A stretch of DNA of 64,000 nt from Takakia lepidozioides. Lineage: Eukaryota; Plantae; Bryophyta. The notes below the pieces were generated by a model, which saw nothing but the letters and a program-made list of their open reading frames with translations, was not told where the DNA came from and did no database searches. Of the stretch, positions 50,256 through 62,499 are shown piece after piece. Positions within the stretch are counted from its first letter, which is position 1, and every line of letters starts with the position of its first letter. The translations under genes were made by a program, and so were the position numbers. The DNA lies in assembly GCA_030704615.1 (NCBI GenBank), contig CM060734.1, positions 25,358,001-25,422,000 of the forward strand. The letters run 5' to 3'.

Positions 50256-53200
50256 TCACGCTGGTGCATGAATAAAGTCATCAATAGTCAAGTTCATCCT
50301 CAACCTCTTCAGGTAAATGTAATACAGATGCTTGCACAGATAATACTTTGACCCATTTTTTGCTTCCATCAACGAAAAGTCCGTACAATTGCAAGTCGGC
50401 TCCACTCCAATCGTAATTGTGTATATGTCGTCGCGTACAGCTGAGCCGGCCGTTACCATCCGATAAACACGCCCAAGGCCGGGTGGGGGTACGTCCACGG
50501 AGCTCTGAATAGTGCAAGCCATCCCAAGAGCATTGGCAATCCGAGTCTCATTCAACTTGTTGGGAGGGTGTCGTCTCATCACTCTTCTGAATTGCATTGT
50601 GGGATGTGCAGAATTGTCCAATCCGTCTCTACTGGACCGAGCAGTCTGCAATGGCTGGGTCTCAGGAACTGGAAACGAGTGGGCCGGGACGTCTGTGCGT
50701 TGCACCATTCGAAATCCTGCTGCAGAAAGAGCATCCGCCTCATTCTGAGAGAGGTTGCAACTCGGTGCAACAGGCCAGACGCCCGGAGGCTCCGGCATTC
50801 CCTGAATCCCGTACTTGGGCTTGCCAAATACACAGGTCATTATGTCGTGCCTACAGAACCAAAACGTCTGCGTTGTGGCGTGAGAGAATGTGGGAGTCAA
50901 AAATCTGCCGCTGAAACAAGGTGTAGGTACAGCACCGTGTGGGTTCCTCCGAATCATCTCACCACAGCATGCTCTGGTATCCACCCGGATGGCGCAACAC
51001 TTCCCTCAAAATGCCGGCAATGTCCTTGCAATTCTTCACTGTGACTCCGACACTCTTGTCTCCACAATGGGTATGTTGTATTGCGTTACTACAGATGGAT
51101 CGTTATGTTCCTCGGGCACGTGCCCTGTGCTCAAAGGAGATGGCGATCTTGAACGTGCAAGACTTGCGGTGCTCGACGAGACCTCCTCGGGCAACATCAC
51201 GGGACCACGAGGGAGCGTGTGAATATTCTTGTCAGCTCGCCATGAATCCTCTTCTCCGCCAGGTGCCTCGTCAAGTCTTCGTCTCACTGGACGGGTGTGA
51301 ACATCTCCTTCCAAGTGTTGGCCTCTTCGAAGCAATGGCGTGTCCCGAAGGCCCTCTCGCAAGGCTGCCGCCCACTTGCGAGGATCTTCGATCTGGAGGC
51401 AGTCCGCATCAGCATTTCCTGCCTGTCCGGCCCCAAGCCCCACTGTTTCCCTTTCAAGAACTCGTTGTACCTGCATTGTTGCATAATTGACCTGACAATG
51501 TCCTCCGTTGTGGCAGTGAGGATGTCCACCAGATGCGCCGCAAAGGAGGTACGCCAGGAAGAATGTACTGATTCGGCCATGTTTGTTGTCGGCATGTCGG
51601 TGTCGGAGTCCAGACACATTTCCTGCACATGCACATGTTGAGGTTACAAGCAAGTTACAAATAATGAGTAGCATAATATTCAACGGGACGCGAATTCGTC
51701 CAACTCACCTCCCGCATATAGTCGCCGAACTGGAGGAAACGATAATGCCACCATGCTAGCCAACTGACCATTGCTCCCTCGTCTGATTTCTTTATAGCAC
51801 CTGACGTTGTCCACCAAACCCGTATACATGCAAACTGTGTCTCTGCATCATCCAAGGTGGGAGCACGCTTCCACGCAAGACACATGGAACGGTGCTCCTC
51901 TCTGAAATCTGGCGCCACGAGCCGGGTTGTGTACTGCGACAAGCTCTGCAGAAAATGGAACCCACAAGATCTCTCCTTGCCTTCCATCGGAACATTGGGG
52001 TCTTCCCCGTACACCCTTCGGATGGCAGCCCAATTCGTTGTCCGCCATGAAACCACGGAAATTGGGAGGGGCAATCCCGCCCTGGCCATCTGTTTGTTTA
52101 TTCCCTGCCAAAGAAGCATCTCCGATTGTGTGTCCTCTCCTTTCATCTCACAAATAGCAATTGTCATTAGCATCCTGCAGTGGGTGTCGTAGACATTTCT
52201 AGCCATTGTCACCCACTAGTGATTTGTAATTCGCTTGATATGGTCGAACATGACCCAACTGTTTGACAAGTCCCCACTCGTCATCCGGTGGACCAGTTCA
52301 ACGCCGTTGCCAGGCCCACACGTGGACATTTTGAATACGAAACAACGATCTGCCTCAGTCCCTTTTCCAGGAAACCTACTTCCATGAATGTAGTCATATC
52401 CACATCGTCGCTTCACCTCCAGAATGGAGTGCATATCCGAGCCACGCCCAATTTTCAGTTTGCAGGAGACAATGTGGTTTTGGACATTCGGTGAACAGAC
52501 GTGGGACACTAACTCCAGCAATGCCTCCATTTCCTTCTCATCGAGAGGAACTTTGTCGGAGCCGTCTTCCGACATAATTCTGGCCAATGCCATCTTATGG
52601 GCGGCCTGCAGCTGTATATGTTTGGGTTTGGCACCAGGTCTCAACTTAACCTCCTCCTGAACGAGCTGCTCTGCCTTGTGGGTAGCGTCCCGCGAGTTCC
52701 CCCTCGCCAATTTGTGACAATGGGAACCAACGTGTATGCAAGCTCGTGTGAGGTCAGGGAAACGGTGCAACACATAGAACTGCTTGGCATTACAAACAAA
52801 CATGCAATGTGGTGGTTCTTTGCAATGCGCACACTTAAATGTGGAGTTTGGAACCTTCTCCTGAGCTCAAAATGGTTGATGAGTTGTGTCTGTCCAATCC
52901 GTCTCGTTCCTGTGACCTCTGGATTTAAAGTGGAAGCAAGTTGGGGAGAAACACCGCAACGTGCCCGCACAAACAACGTAGCGCACCCACAGACCATCGA
53001 GCATCTTCATGCTGCTGGTTTTTGTGACGCACCAAGGATGACCGTCATGTTTCCTATCCATATCTGTCAACATTCCGGACGCCCTCGAATAGTCCGTTCG
53101 AGGAGGGAACTCAAAGAACATATTACCGTCGATGTCTACGGGAAGGCATGTAACGGATTTAATGGCGAACTTGCTGTAGTCCAACCCAGCCAGCTCCGAG

Positions 53201-53451
53201 CGGTGTCCCTCCATGTGAAGCCCTCGCAGAATTTCAAAAATGGATCGAACTGTTGTGTTCGTGCTGGGAATATGACTCCCTCGTCCGCTGATGTCCATTG
53301 AGGACTTGTCTGATCTCCAGGATGATCTCAGAACTTCCATGACCTTGTCGGAGTCGGACAGGTTGTGAACAACCAAGTTCTCGCTCGTCTTCATTGATGG
53401 GTTCGGCTCTGGATTTACTTCGTTGCGGACTTCTTTCTTTGAGGTGCCCAC
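50256..53451 (-). pseudogene. MULE-like transposase with GCM-like Zn-finger, DDE core and SWIM finger, copy 2
   Basis: N-terminal finger: DGHPWCVTKT..CAGTLRCFSPTC..CAHCKEPPHC..C..HVGSHCH. Core: WVMFDH / GFMAD / SCGFHF (CxxH) / TTNMAESVH. SWIM: YTITIGVEPTCNCTDF..YLCKHLYY. GT-AG intron at 51708-51623. A few stops and frameshifts. The 5' end probably extends across the CACTA insertion. Confidence 0.87.
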
Positions 53452-53703
53452 TCTTTGATTCGCGGATTGTTTCGTGGAAGCCAGGATAGAAGGCGCATTT
53501 GGCGGGCAAATGAAGTCCCCAACAGCCCTGTATATGACGTTGTCCGATGGTGGAACTCGTCATTCCCTGCCGTCGCCGAAATGATCATGGAGCACAACAA
53601 TACTTTCGGCTACAACTCCGTTTGAATCCTTCCTTTCCTCCTCCAAAAATACCGACCCCGGTTTTAGGTGGTATCGAACGCAGAGATATTTCTCCATCAC
53701 CCG

Positions 53704-54544
53704 CACTACAACAGATTGCGGTATTTATAATTGTATATATGACTGTTCTGCAGTCATAAATGGTACATATGACTTCTATGACTGTAAGTCGTGCAAACCA
53801 AGTCAATACAATGAGTACAGGATGGTACGGTCCGGATGATTACAGTCATATGAACCAAGTGATATCTCTCACTGCAGTCATATATACCATACTGCAGCCG
53901 CCGTTGCCGCGCCACGTGGCGAGGCGCAATTGATTTAAAAAATTAAATTAAATTAAATTAATAAATAAATAAATATTAAACTCCGCGTCGCACCGCATTG
54001 TGCCATGTGGCATAATGCATTTTATAATAATGAAAAAACCACGTGGCAGTCCATCTAGGGTACCACGTGCTATCCCTAGCTCGTCTACTAACCCTAGGGC
54101 CATCTTATCCATTTGATTGTACTTAGAGGAGTTTGAACATGCAACCTCTTTATTATGAGAGTTATAGTTCACTACCTGTTAACCAATACACCCATTAGTC
54201 ATTCATATGATCATATGGTGTTTTAATTGTATTATACACACCAAATTACAAAATCCCCAGTAGTTATCATGACTATATAACCTTATCCATGTACACTGTA
54301 GTCATGGAAATGACTATGAATGGTGAGCTAAATTTGGTCAATTGCAGTTGACCAGCCTTCCGCCCATTCCGGAGCCATGTAGTCATACAGACGAGTATTT
54401 AGATAGTCGTTCATATGACTACAGTCGTATGAACGACCGCGGGAGGTCAATTTCATATAAAAACATGGTGCAGTCAAGGTCAAAGTCATGAAAACCATGA
54501 CTACCACGGTTTGGCAGTCATAACTACCGCGATCTGTTGTAGTG
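53704..54544. mobile_element. Non-autonomous CACTA (En/Spm) element, 841 bp
   Basis: TIRs CACTACAACAGAT(T/C)GCGGTA at both ends; 3-bp TSD CCG (53701-53703 and 54545-54547); ATGACT/AGTCAT subterminal repeats. Confidence 0.96.
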
Positions 54545-55005
54545 CCGGCAGATGTCCCCTCTGCACGGAAATGTAGCTCTATGCTCCTGAGGATGGCAGT
54601 ACACTATAGCGCTTGGGTTTTCTGCCATGGGAGATGTGCACACAAGAGTGCCAGGACGACGTTCGGACAAGTGCCCTGGGAGAAGGGGGATGCAGCAAGG
54701 GGAAGGAATGCAGAGCCAATTTTTCCGAGCGACGAAGCTTATTCACGAATCCGGGGAGCCCACTCTCCCGAAAATCCACTGTCAGAGAGTTAATGAACCT
54801 TGTCTGCGGAATGCGGCCCCTGGCCTTTGCGCAATAACTGCCAACGGTATGCAGTCAGAAGGTATATGACCTGTGCAGATGCACTGTGCAAACCAATAAT
54901 AAACTGTGACAAGTATGCATGCCCTCACAAGCCGAGGGAAGCCAAAAGTATGCATGCCATCCATGCTCAGGTAAGTTGGGAATTTTTTCCCGTGTTGCAC
55001 TATCC

Positions 55006-55570
55006 TCACCAAGAAGCTGGAACCTCGATTGGCCTCTCAACAAGCTCATGACTGACAGGGTGTCGGTAGGTGAAGACAATGGATGCAACCCGTTCGCCTT
55101 TGGTGTAGTGGACAACGGTGTCATGTCCTCCGATATATGCACCATCGTAAATCGAGATCTTTGCTGTGGAGAGACTGTGTCCATAGGACTCATCCTCGTA
55201 GCTTATGAGAATGTCCCCATACAATGTTTGGGATGGAATCCTCTATGGCATGTACGTACACCCGATGCAATCCTCGTAGGCCCACTGGCAGCACCTCCAA
55301 TGATGTAGTAAGGCCGTGCTTTTTGGGGATGTTCCATGCAGGCGGATACTGCAGATCAACGATTCGCATGCACCAAAGCCGCGCAAGCCCGTCCCCGAGA
55401 GGCTGATCGTGGAAGCCAGGAATGTACTCAAGAGCGGACAGGTGCACCCTCCTCTGCTGAGAGTGGTCTATCCAATCTTGCAGGTATATGAAAATATCCC
55501 CTGACTTGGGCGAGAAGTCCCACGGGGTGAGATGCTTGTTTGGGCAGTTGCTGGGATCCCGACACGCCAT
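55006..55570 (-). pseudogene. Unknown accessory protein ORF-X2 (homologue of ORF-X1), one frameshift
   Basis: ORFs 55190..55570 and 55006..55224 join at ~55218 (PNIVWG/GDILISY); motif-level alignment to 12216-12830. Confidence 0.65.
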
Positions 55571-55829
55571 CGCCGACTATTGAAAGGGCTGCCAGGAAGA
55601 AGACAGGGTGCGTAGGGAGGGGGGAGTGTGGGGAAGCTGAAGTGAGAGGAGCTCGGAGCGAGGAAGTGTTGTTGCTGTCTCGGTTTGAAACGCGTGTGTC
55701 ACGAGCGAAGGTCGGACAAGTGGCAAAGAAAAGAGCAACATTTAATATAACCGTACCCAGGAATGAGGGGTAGCATTTAATTCGACATGGCGTCAAATCG
55801 GAGGGTGACGGCCCCACGTGCCTGCCAGA

Positions 55830-56160
55830 GAACATCACCCGGATGGAAAAACGGCGCCGAATTTCCTGCCGAGGCCGTTCGGATGAAGTCGTCTCGGGGG
55901 GAGAGGCGACACCAAGCCGACAGAGATCAGCCTCCGGAAGGAAAAATGGCACCGAATTTCCATCCGAGGCCAGCCGGATGAAGTCGTCTCGGGGGGAGAG
56001 GCCGACACCTGGCCGACAGAGAATATCCCCCGGATGGAAAAACGGCGCCGAATTTCCATCCGAGGCCCGTTGGATGAAGTCGTCTCGGGGGGAGAGGCCG
56101 ACACCTGGCCAATAGAGAACATCCCCCGGATGGAAAAATGGCGCCGAATTTCCATCCACA
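55830..56160. repeat. ~95-bp tandem repeat x ~3.5, each unit carrying the imperfect palindrome GGATGGAAA-N3-GGCGCC-N3-TTTCCATCC
   Basis: Motif copies at ~55845, 55940, 56036 and 56132; inverted copy at 56267. Confidence 0.92.
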
Positions 56161-56839
56161 GACGCCCGTATCGGCCCTTCTTCAACAATTTTTAGTCGTT
56201 GCATCAAGTTTTTCGCGTTTTTTTTACTGGTTACACACTAAACTTGGAATTTTTTGCCTGCAGGATGGAAATTCGGCGCCAGATTACCATCCGGCCCCGC
56301 TCCGAATCACCTGCACGATGGACTTTTCCATCCGGCGTGTCGTGGATGAGAACGGCTCGGGCGGAGGGAGGGCCACATTGCGTCCTACTTCATCCGCTGG
56401 ACTTATGCCGCGTGGAGAAAGGCGTGGCTCTCCTGAGTCCAGGTTGTTGCTGCATTGAGATTTGCAACAGGGTGCACACCTTCGCTGTAGATGACAGGTT
56501 GCATCACAGAATTAAGGAAATCCATGCTGAGATGAAAAGATTGTCTGGGCAGATGAAGTGCTTTCAAGACATTTCACCCTCTTTTCCCGTCTTATCGAAA
56601 TTGTCCTTAAATTTTCATGTTGATTTCAGCAAGTTACTGGTTGAGTGAACCTTAGATAGTTTGCGATGCGTGTGCAAAACCGACAGCTCTGGAAAAGGCT
56701 ACTTCTGCATGTGATTCTTAGGGATTGCTCGGGTTTGTTTTCATTGTTGTTCCACGATTGTTGCGATGGTGGTTGCGATGCTCGTTGCGATGGTGGTTTT
56801 CATTGCGATGTTGGTTCTCACGATTGTTGGGGATGACAG

Positions 56840-59527
56840 AGTGACGACGAGCCCGACACGCTGGTGGTATCATCGACAGCTCCAACTGCTCGAGCAGTCA
56901 CTCCAAAAGCCGCTACTCATCGCATGTTTGGATCGCCCAACTTGGGGTGGGAGGGCAAACTAAATCATTTTGTTGGTGGATGGGAGGACCTGCAGCGAGA
57001 GTACGACAAAATAGGCATTGGGGAGGTTGGTGCAGGCGGCATGGCAGGTGAAGGGCGTCGGATGAGGACAGCAGATCTGGCAATGGAGGAAGTTGATGCA
57101 CATGCAGTAGGGCCCGCCCATGCAAAGAAGAAGAAGAAAGCCAAGCACATGCAATCCCCGGCGAGAGAGCCGTCACGGGTTGCGGAGGGGGGAGTGAGCA
57201 GGGCGCGCGAGGGTGTCAGTTTGCCTCAATCAAAGGTGGTCGTCCTGGAGGCCCCCCCTGTTGCTACCCCTAATAAGAAACAGAAGGCCCGTGAGAGGGC
57301 AAAAGAGAGGGCAAAAGAACAGGCGAGACAGAAGGCTAGCCAGGAGGCAAGAGAAAAGGCCACTGAAGAGGCCAGGGTTGTCGAAATGACAGATGCCCAT
57401 GTAAGCGAGGGACGCACAGAGATGGTGGATCCCTCCAAGACACCACAAACAGGCAGTAACACATTGGTTACACCATCGCGGGTGGGAGCAGCCCACCAAA
57501 TTACCCATACGGTGGAGACTGGAGGAGGGGAAAGAACACCACAAAGAGCACGGATTGTGGAAGTTCAAGGTGAAGCCGGGGAGAGGGCAGTAGAGACGGG
57601 GAGAGTGCTCGAGGTGGTTCCGGCGGTGGTTGACCATGTTGAGGACGACGAGAGGGAGCTTTCTGACCAGGATGACATCCTCCCGGACATCCCTAGGCCC
57701 CAAACCCGGAGCATACAGGCTGGATTTGGCGGTCCGGGTGGGTTGCCGGAGAACCCCCCTGCAACAGACGTCATGTCGGAGGCGGATATGAAGTTGGCCA
57801 CTGCCAAGATGTTGGAGGCAACCCACAGCAACATTGGCAGGGTCATGGGGGGCATGGTGTACCCGGCCAAGCTTTGGATTCCCCTTTGCCGCTTGGTTTC
57901 ATTGCAGGTGGTGAGACCTGCCCTCCCAGGCGATATCGACAAGTTGAAATTCTCTTTCCGGGAGGGACATCGAATGGGGTCTGCCGCGTTTTACGTTTCC
58001 ATGGAGAACGACCACGGAGCTTCTCGTGCCCACACTTCCGATGAGGTGGACAAATGGGGTCCCTATCGGCAAAGGCGAAATGAGGAGTTCGAGAGATTGA
58101 TTGCTACTGATCCTCTTTTCCAGCACTTGTCCGGAAAGATGTTTTATGTGTGGGACGGCAATCATCGCCTCCTGGCATGGATGGAGTACATAGCCCAAGC
58201 CCACCCCAACGACCTGGATTGGCATTTCGCCGTGGAGTGTGTTGTGCTCAAGGTTGCGGGGCCCAAAGATCGCAGTCTTCTCAAAACGGCAATGGCAGAC
58301 ATCAACTCGTAAGTTACAATGCCTCTTGCTTTGGAACTTTGAATTTGAAACAGTCATTGCATTGCCAATCGTCATATTTGTTGCAAATTCTCATTTCTGT
58401 ATTGTTTAATGGAAATGTGGCATTGCAGGGTGACTGAGAATGCCTTCAATGCCACCAACTTGTCCCATATGCTCTTCCGAGTGAATGATGTCGGGAAGCA
58501 GGGGGTGCAAGAGTTTGCCAATTCGCTCAGTGCCAACTTGCTGCGCAAGTCGGAGGCAAAGGCAGACAGAACCTAGTATAGGCTGAGCATGGACGCCATG
58601 GTGGACTACATATTTCGGGTAAAGCTCCTGACTATTTTGTTCAGCTTATCTGTCTCTCCTCCCCCAATAGAAGAAAAAGTGTTGACCAGGATTTCTAATC
58701 ATATCTGCGCATTCTTGACAGACGAAAATTCAGCAGGATTTGGCACATGCGCGGAGGTTCTACATGGAGTCAGAGGAGAAGAAACTAACCCTCCCGGCAC
58801 TGGAATCGTATCTCAAAGCTGCGGAGGCGAAGGCCCGCATAAAGTACAAGTCGCGGATGGTAAAGTACGTGGTCATAGCTGATCCCGCCCTTGGTGCCGA
58901 CTTTCTGGTGGAGGTGGGGAAGCACTACTCCCGCGCTCTGAAGCCCACGATGACATTGGAGAAGCTGCATCGTCTAGCCACATCCTGTGTGGATGCAACA
59001 GAAAAGGTTATACATTCTTAACCAAATTGTCGTGGCAACAATTCGTTTTTGTGGTGTTTGGCGCTTACTAATATGCTGGGTGGTTGGACAGACCCGGTGG
59101 CTCCAAATCTGGAATGGTTCCCAAAGTACTAGGGACATGTGGAGCTTCCCCAAACCCGACAAACTGTCCGACCCCACATTCGACATGTTGATGAACCGCA
59201 TGACATGGTGGTTTCAGGTACTTTCCCACGCTTCATTTGGGGCTTCTACTCTTGTATCGGATGGATTTATTGTATTTTTTGAGGAAAGCGGTCTGATGGA
59301 GAATGTCCACAGGTGACAACGAATGCGCAAGAGCAGCTTGACACACAAGCACATCAGTTCAAGCTGGAGATTTCTGGTGAAGCAGAGAGCCTACGCGACT
59401 ATGTGACGAGGTGTTTTCTGCTCTACAAAACCGACCTATTCTTTCGAGAGATACCCCATGCCCGCCGGAGCCACGAGTTCACCGACCAGCCGAACGCGGA
59501 CAAAGCGGCAATGCGCCTTCTGTACAG
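56840..59527 (+). pseudogene. Spliced gene with a ParB/Sulfiredoxin-like domain (FYVWDGNHR), one premature stop
   Basis: Exons 56840-58308, 58429-58618, 58722-59006, 59092-59217 and 59313-~59527 are joined in frame by GT-AG introns. TAG at 58574 is probably a former TGG. Disordered/charged N-terminus with an NLS-like KKKKK. First and last exons not defined. Confidence 0.75.
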
Positions 59528-59845
59528 GTACATACGCGATGCCTTTCTTTTTAGTCCCTACATTTCGAGGATTTAAGAGGCCTTATGTGGCGCATGAAAA
59601 TTAGTTGTGAAGAAGTCATTTGAAAAATGACGCCGAATTTCCGGATTCGGGCCCTGGGGGATGGCTGTCCAGGGGGTGGTTGACACTCAGTCTGGAAATT
59701 CGGCGCCATTTTTGCAGTTGCAGGCCCAGTCAGATCTGGGACTTAGCCATTCTCGGCCCCAACCTGGGAAAATGGCGCCGCATTAATCGTTCAGGGCCCC
59801 GAAAATGGCTAAGTCATTGGGGTGTCTGGCACTGAAACTGGAAAT

Positions 59846-61095
59846 TATGCGCTGGAAATTACACAACATCTGATGGTCTTGTGAATGGAGCTGACGGCAT
59901 ATTTAGAGCATCAACAACATATTGTGACAAAACCATAATATGGATAGCGTTTCAAAACTCTAAGATTGGAATACTAACAAGAGAAAAAAATAATTATTTG
60001 TTCACTAACGACATTGAATCTCAATGGACACCAATTGAACCTATCATCAAAGATATAAGAGTCGATAAAACGCAATCACATACCATAACAAGAATACAAT
60101 TTCCAATTCAACTTGTAGCAACAAGAACAATCCATCGCTCGCAAGGATTGTCACTGGATGAACTAGTCTTTGATCCTACCAATGTCAAAAAACATGGTCT
60201 AACATATACAGTTCTGTCTCGCATTCGAACAGAAGAAAAACTATTTTTGTTGGCTCCTCTCCAACATGAAAACTTCTATGTGGATGCAAGGGTACATACA
60301 GAAATGAAAAGATTAAAAACAACTGCAACTTGGAAACCATATATTCCTCAATTAAAAACTTTGTATCATTCTCATGTAATTATACAAGCCTTAAATACAA
60401 CTTCTCTACGGCAACATTATGAAGACATTAACCATGATCATAACCTCCAAATGTCTCACATCTTATGTCTTATGGAAACAAGAATACACCACTCCTCAAC
60501 CGATGTGAATTTGAGATGTGCACAAATTCATAGATTCATCCGAGTATTCATATGTTTCAATCCATGACAGTCATGGGTTAATGATGATGTATGACATACA
60601 TATGAACTTAAACTCTTTCAATACAACAACCAGTAATGGCTCAGAATTCATAGCAGCCACATTCAATACCAATACACAAAAAGCAATATATATTGTATGT
60701 GTTTATAGAGCTCATTCATGTACAGTTTCTACGTTCTTAAACAATCTTGAAGCTCTAATACAAAATTCGCCCAAATATTGTCCAATTATCATTTTGGGAG
60801 ATTTTAATGTTAACATTTTAGAAGACAATAACCATGCAAAAAACAAACAACAACTATTGGATTTCATGGATAAATTCAATTAAAGTCGCAGTTTAGTGGA
60901 AGCACCACAAACGTCGGATCTCAACTAGACCGCATATGGGCAAATGTCCCTGGAAATGAATGTGAATCTGGTGTGACAGAAGCATATTGGCCAGATTTCC
61001 ACAAACCAATTTATATTGCATTCAAACTACCAAACACACTTCCAATATATATCAATGAACCATTAACATCTGTATTTACCCATAATCAATCTTAA
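59846..61095 (+). mobile_element. Helitron/Helentron 3' fragment: PIF1 helicase C-terminus fused to an APE-type endonuclease
   Basis: Helicase: DGLVNGADG, RIQFPIQLVATRTIHRSQGLSLD, YTVLSR. Endonuclease: LNTTSL, ILCLMET, VCVYRA, IILGDFNVN, SQLDRIW, WPDFHKPI. Two frameshifts. Confidence 0.9.
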
Positions 61096-62499
61096 CAATG
61101 ACTATTACTCTTTTTCTTTGCAAAGATTTCACATATTCTTTTTTTTGTAAGATTTCACATAAGACACAATTTTAGGATAAAGCCTCTCGTGGCGGAGCTG
61201 CTTGTTCTTTCTTGTTTCTTGCTTTTCTTTTGTCCCATAAGCTCTTTGAGCTTTCTGTGGACGTTATACAGTTCCATTCCATTTCATTCTTTGCTGTGCA
61301 TGCAGTTTGGCCCGGATACAGTCAACATCTACCATACCCAGATGTAAGTTCCGTTCTGGTTTTGGTCCCCATATTTTAAAGTGTCACCAAAAGAAAGATG
61401 CTATCCAAGCCAACTATGCAAGAAACAGCTTTCTGTGGATAACTTATGAGAAAGCATTAGGGGAGGGGATGGGAGGCGCTGTCCTTGTAATGTAACTGAT
61501 TGTCAAGTTATTTTACCACTAGTGTGAAACTAGCTAGGAAATAGCTAGCTTTTACATATTGACATTTGGGATTGGCCCAAGTGTCAATCCAGGGGTCAAG
61601 GCAGATTTAGGCCCTGGAGTGGTTATCTTCACGGCAAGCGCAGGAGGCTCATCTTTCTCGAGTTGAGCCTCACCGCGCCTAGCTATGGCGCCGTAGTGTG
61701 GATTCCCCATGGCGTGGGGTGCACTTGGCTTGACTTGTATTTGAGTGATGAGGTTATATATGCATGAGTTTATGCTTCAGCTTTGTGAGCTCGCATGAAC
61801 TTGTGCTTGTGTTCTTCTTCTTTATCACTCGAGAAAGATGAGCTCGTATCTGTGAGTGCCAGATACGAGTTAGTTGTAGCACTTGTGGTGCTTGAGGATG
61901 AGAGAAACCAGGTTGTTATGCAAAGAGCACCGTGGAGTCCTTGGTTGTTAGAAGCGGAGGCGATGTGGGTTACGAGGCGGTAGACCTTGGTATTCGATCT
62001 TCAGCTTCAGAGATGAAAGCACCATGCTGTAGGTAATTCCAGAGCACCTTGATGGTTTCAGATTGTGTACATGCATGAGCAAGCACGATTGGGAAGAGGA
62101 CCAGTCAAGAGCAGGTTATAGTGACAAAGCTGAGAACTAGACTTGGGAATGCGAGCTTTCATTGTGTGAAGGATTGCAAGACCAAGCGAAAGGGCTGATT
62201 TGGCTTGGGGCAAATTAGTGCACTTTGTGGAGTATGGTGAGATTGGGTTTCAATCTCGAGCTTCAACATTGAGAGGGCTCTTGTCATGGCAAAAGCAGGG
62301 CTGGAACATGAGCTAAGAGATGCGACAAGGCCATGGAATGTGCACCTAGGGTTTCAGAGCTTGGAAGAAGAGCTCTTGCACCATAAGAGGAGTGTCTTGT
62401 GGCTGGAAATGTAAGCCTTAGGGTTTCAGGAGCTTGGCAAAGGCTGTGGAGTGCTTAGTCTTGTCTTAGAGAGCATCAAGGAGCCAAGGAGCCAAGATA

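Larger units (their letters stand above)
49600..59830. mobile_element. Composite MULE-like element: GCM-DDE-SWIM transposase, ORF-X2, ParB-like gene and a shared repeated motif
   Basis: The same 22-bp motif GGAAAAATGGCGCCGAATTTCC clusters at the left end, the middle and the right end, and is seen nowhere else in the window. Termini and TSD were not found. Confidence 0.65.

Noticed and set aside
56840-59527. Bacterial parAB locus or contamination
   Set aside because: The gene has in-frame GT-AG introns with branch-point-like sequences, there is no parA, and it is embedded among plant TEs.
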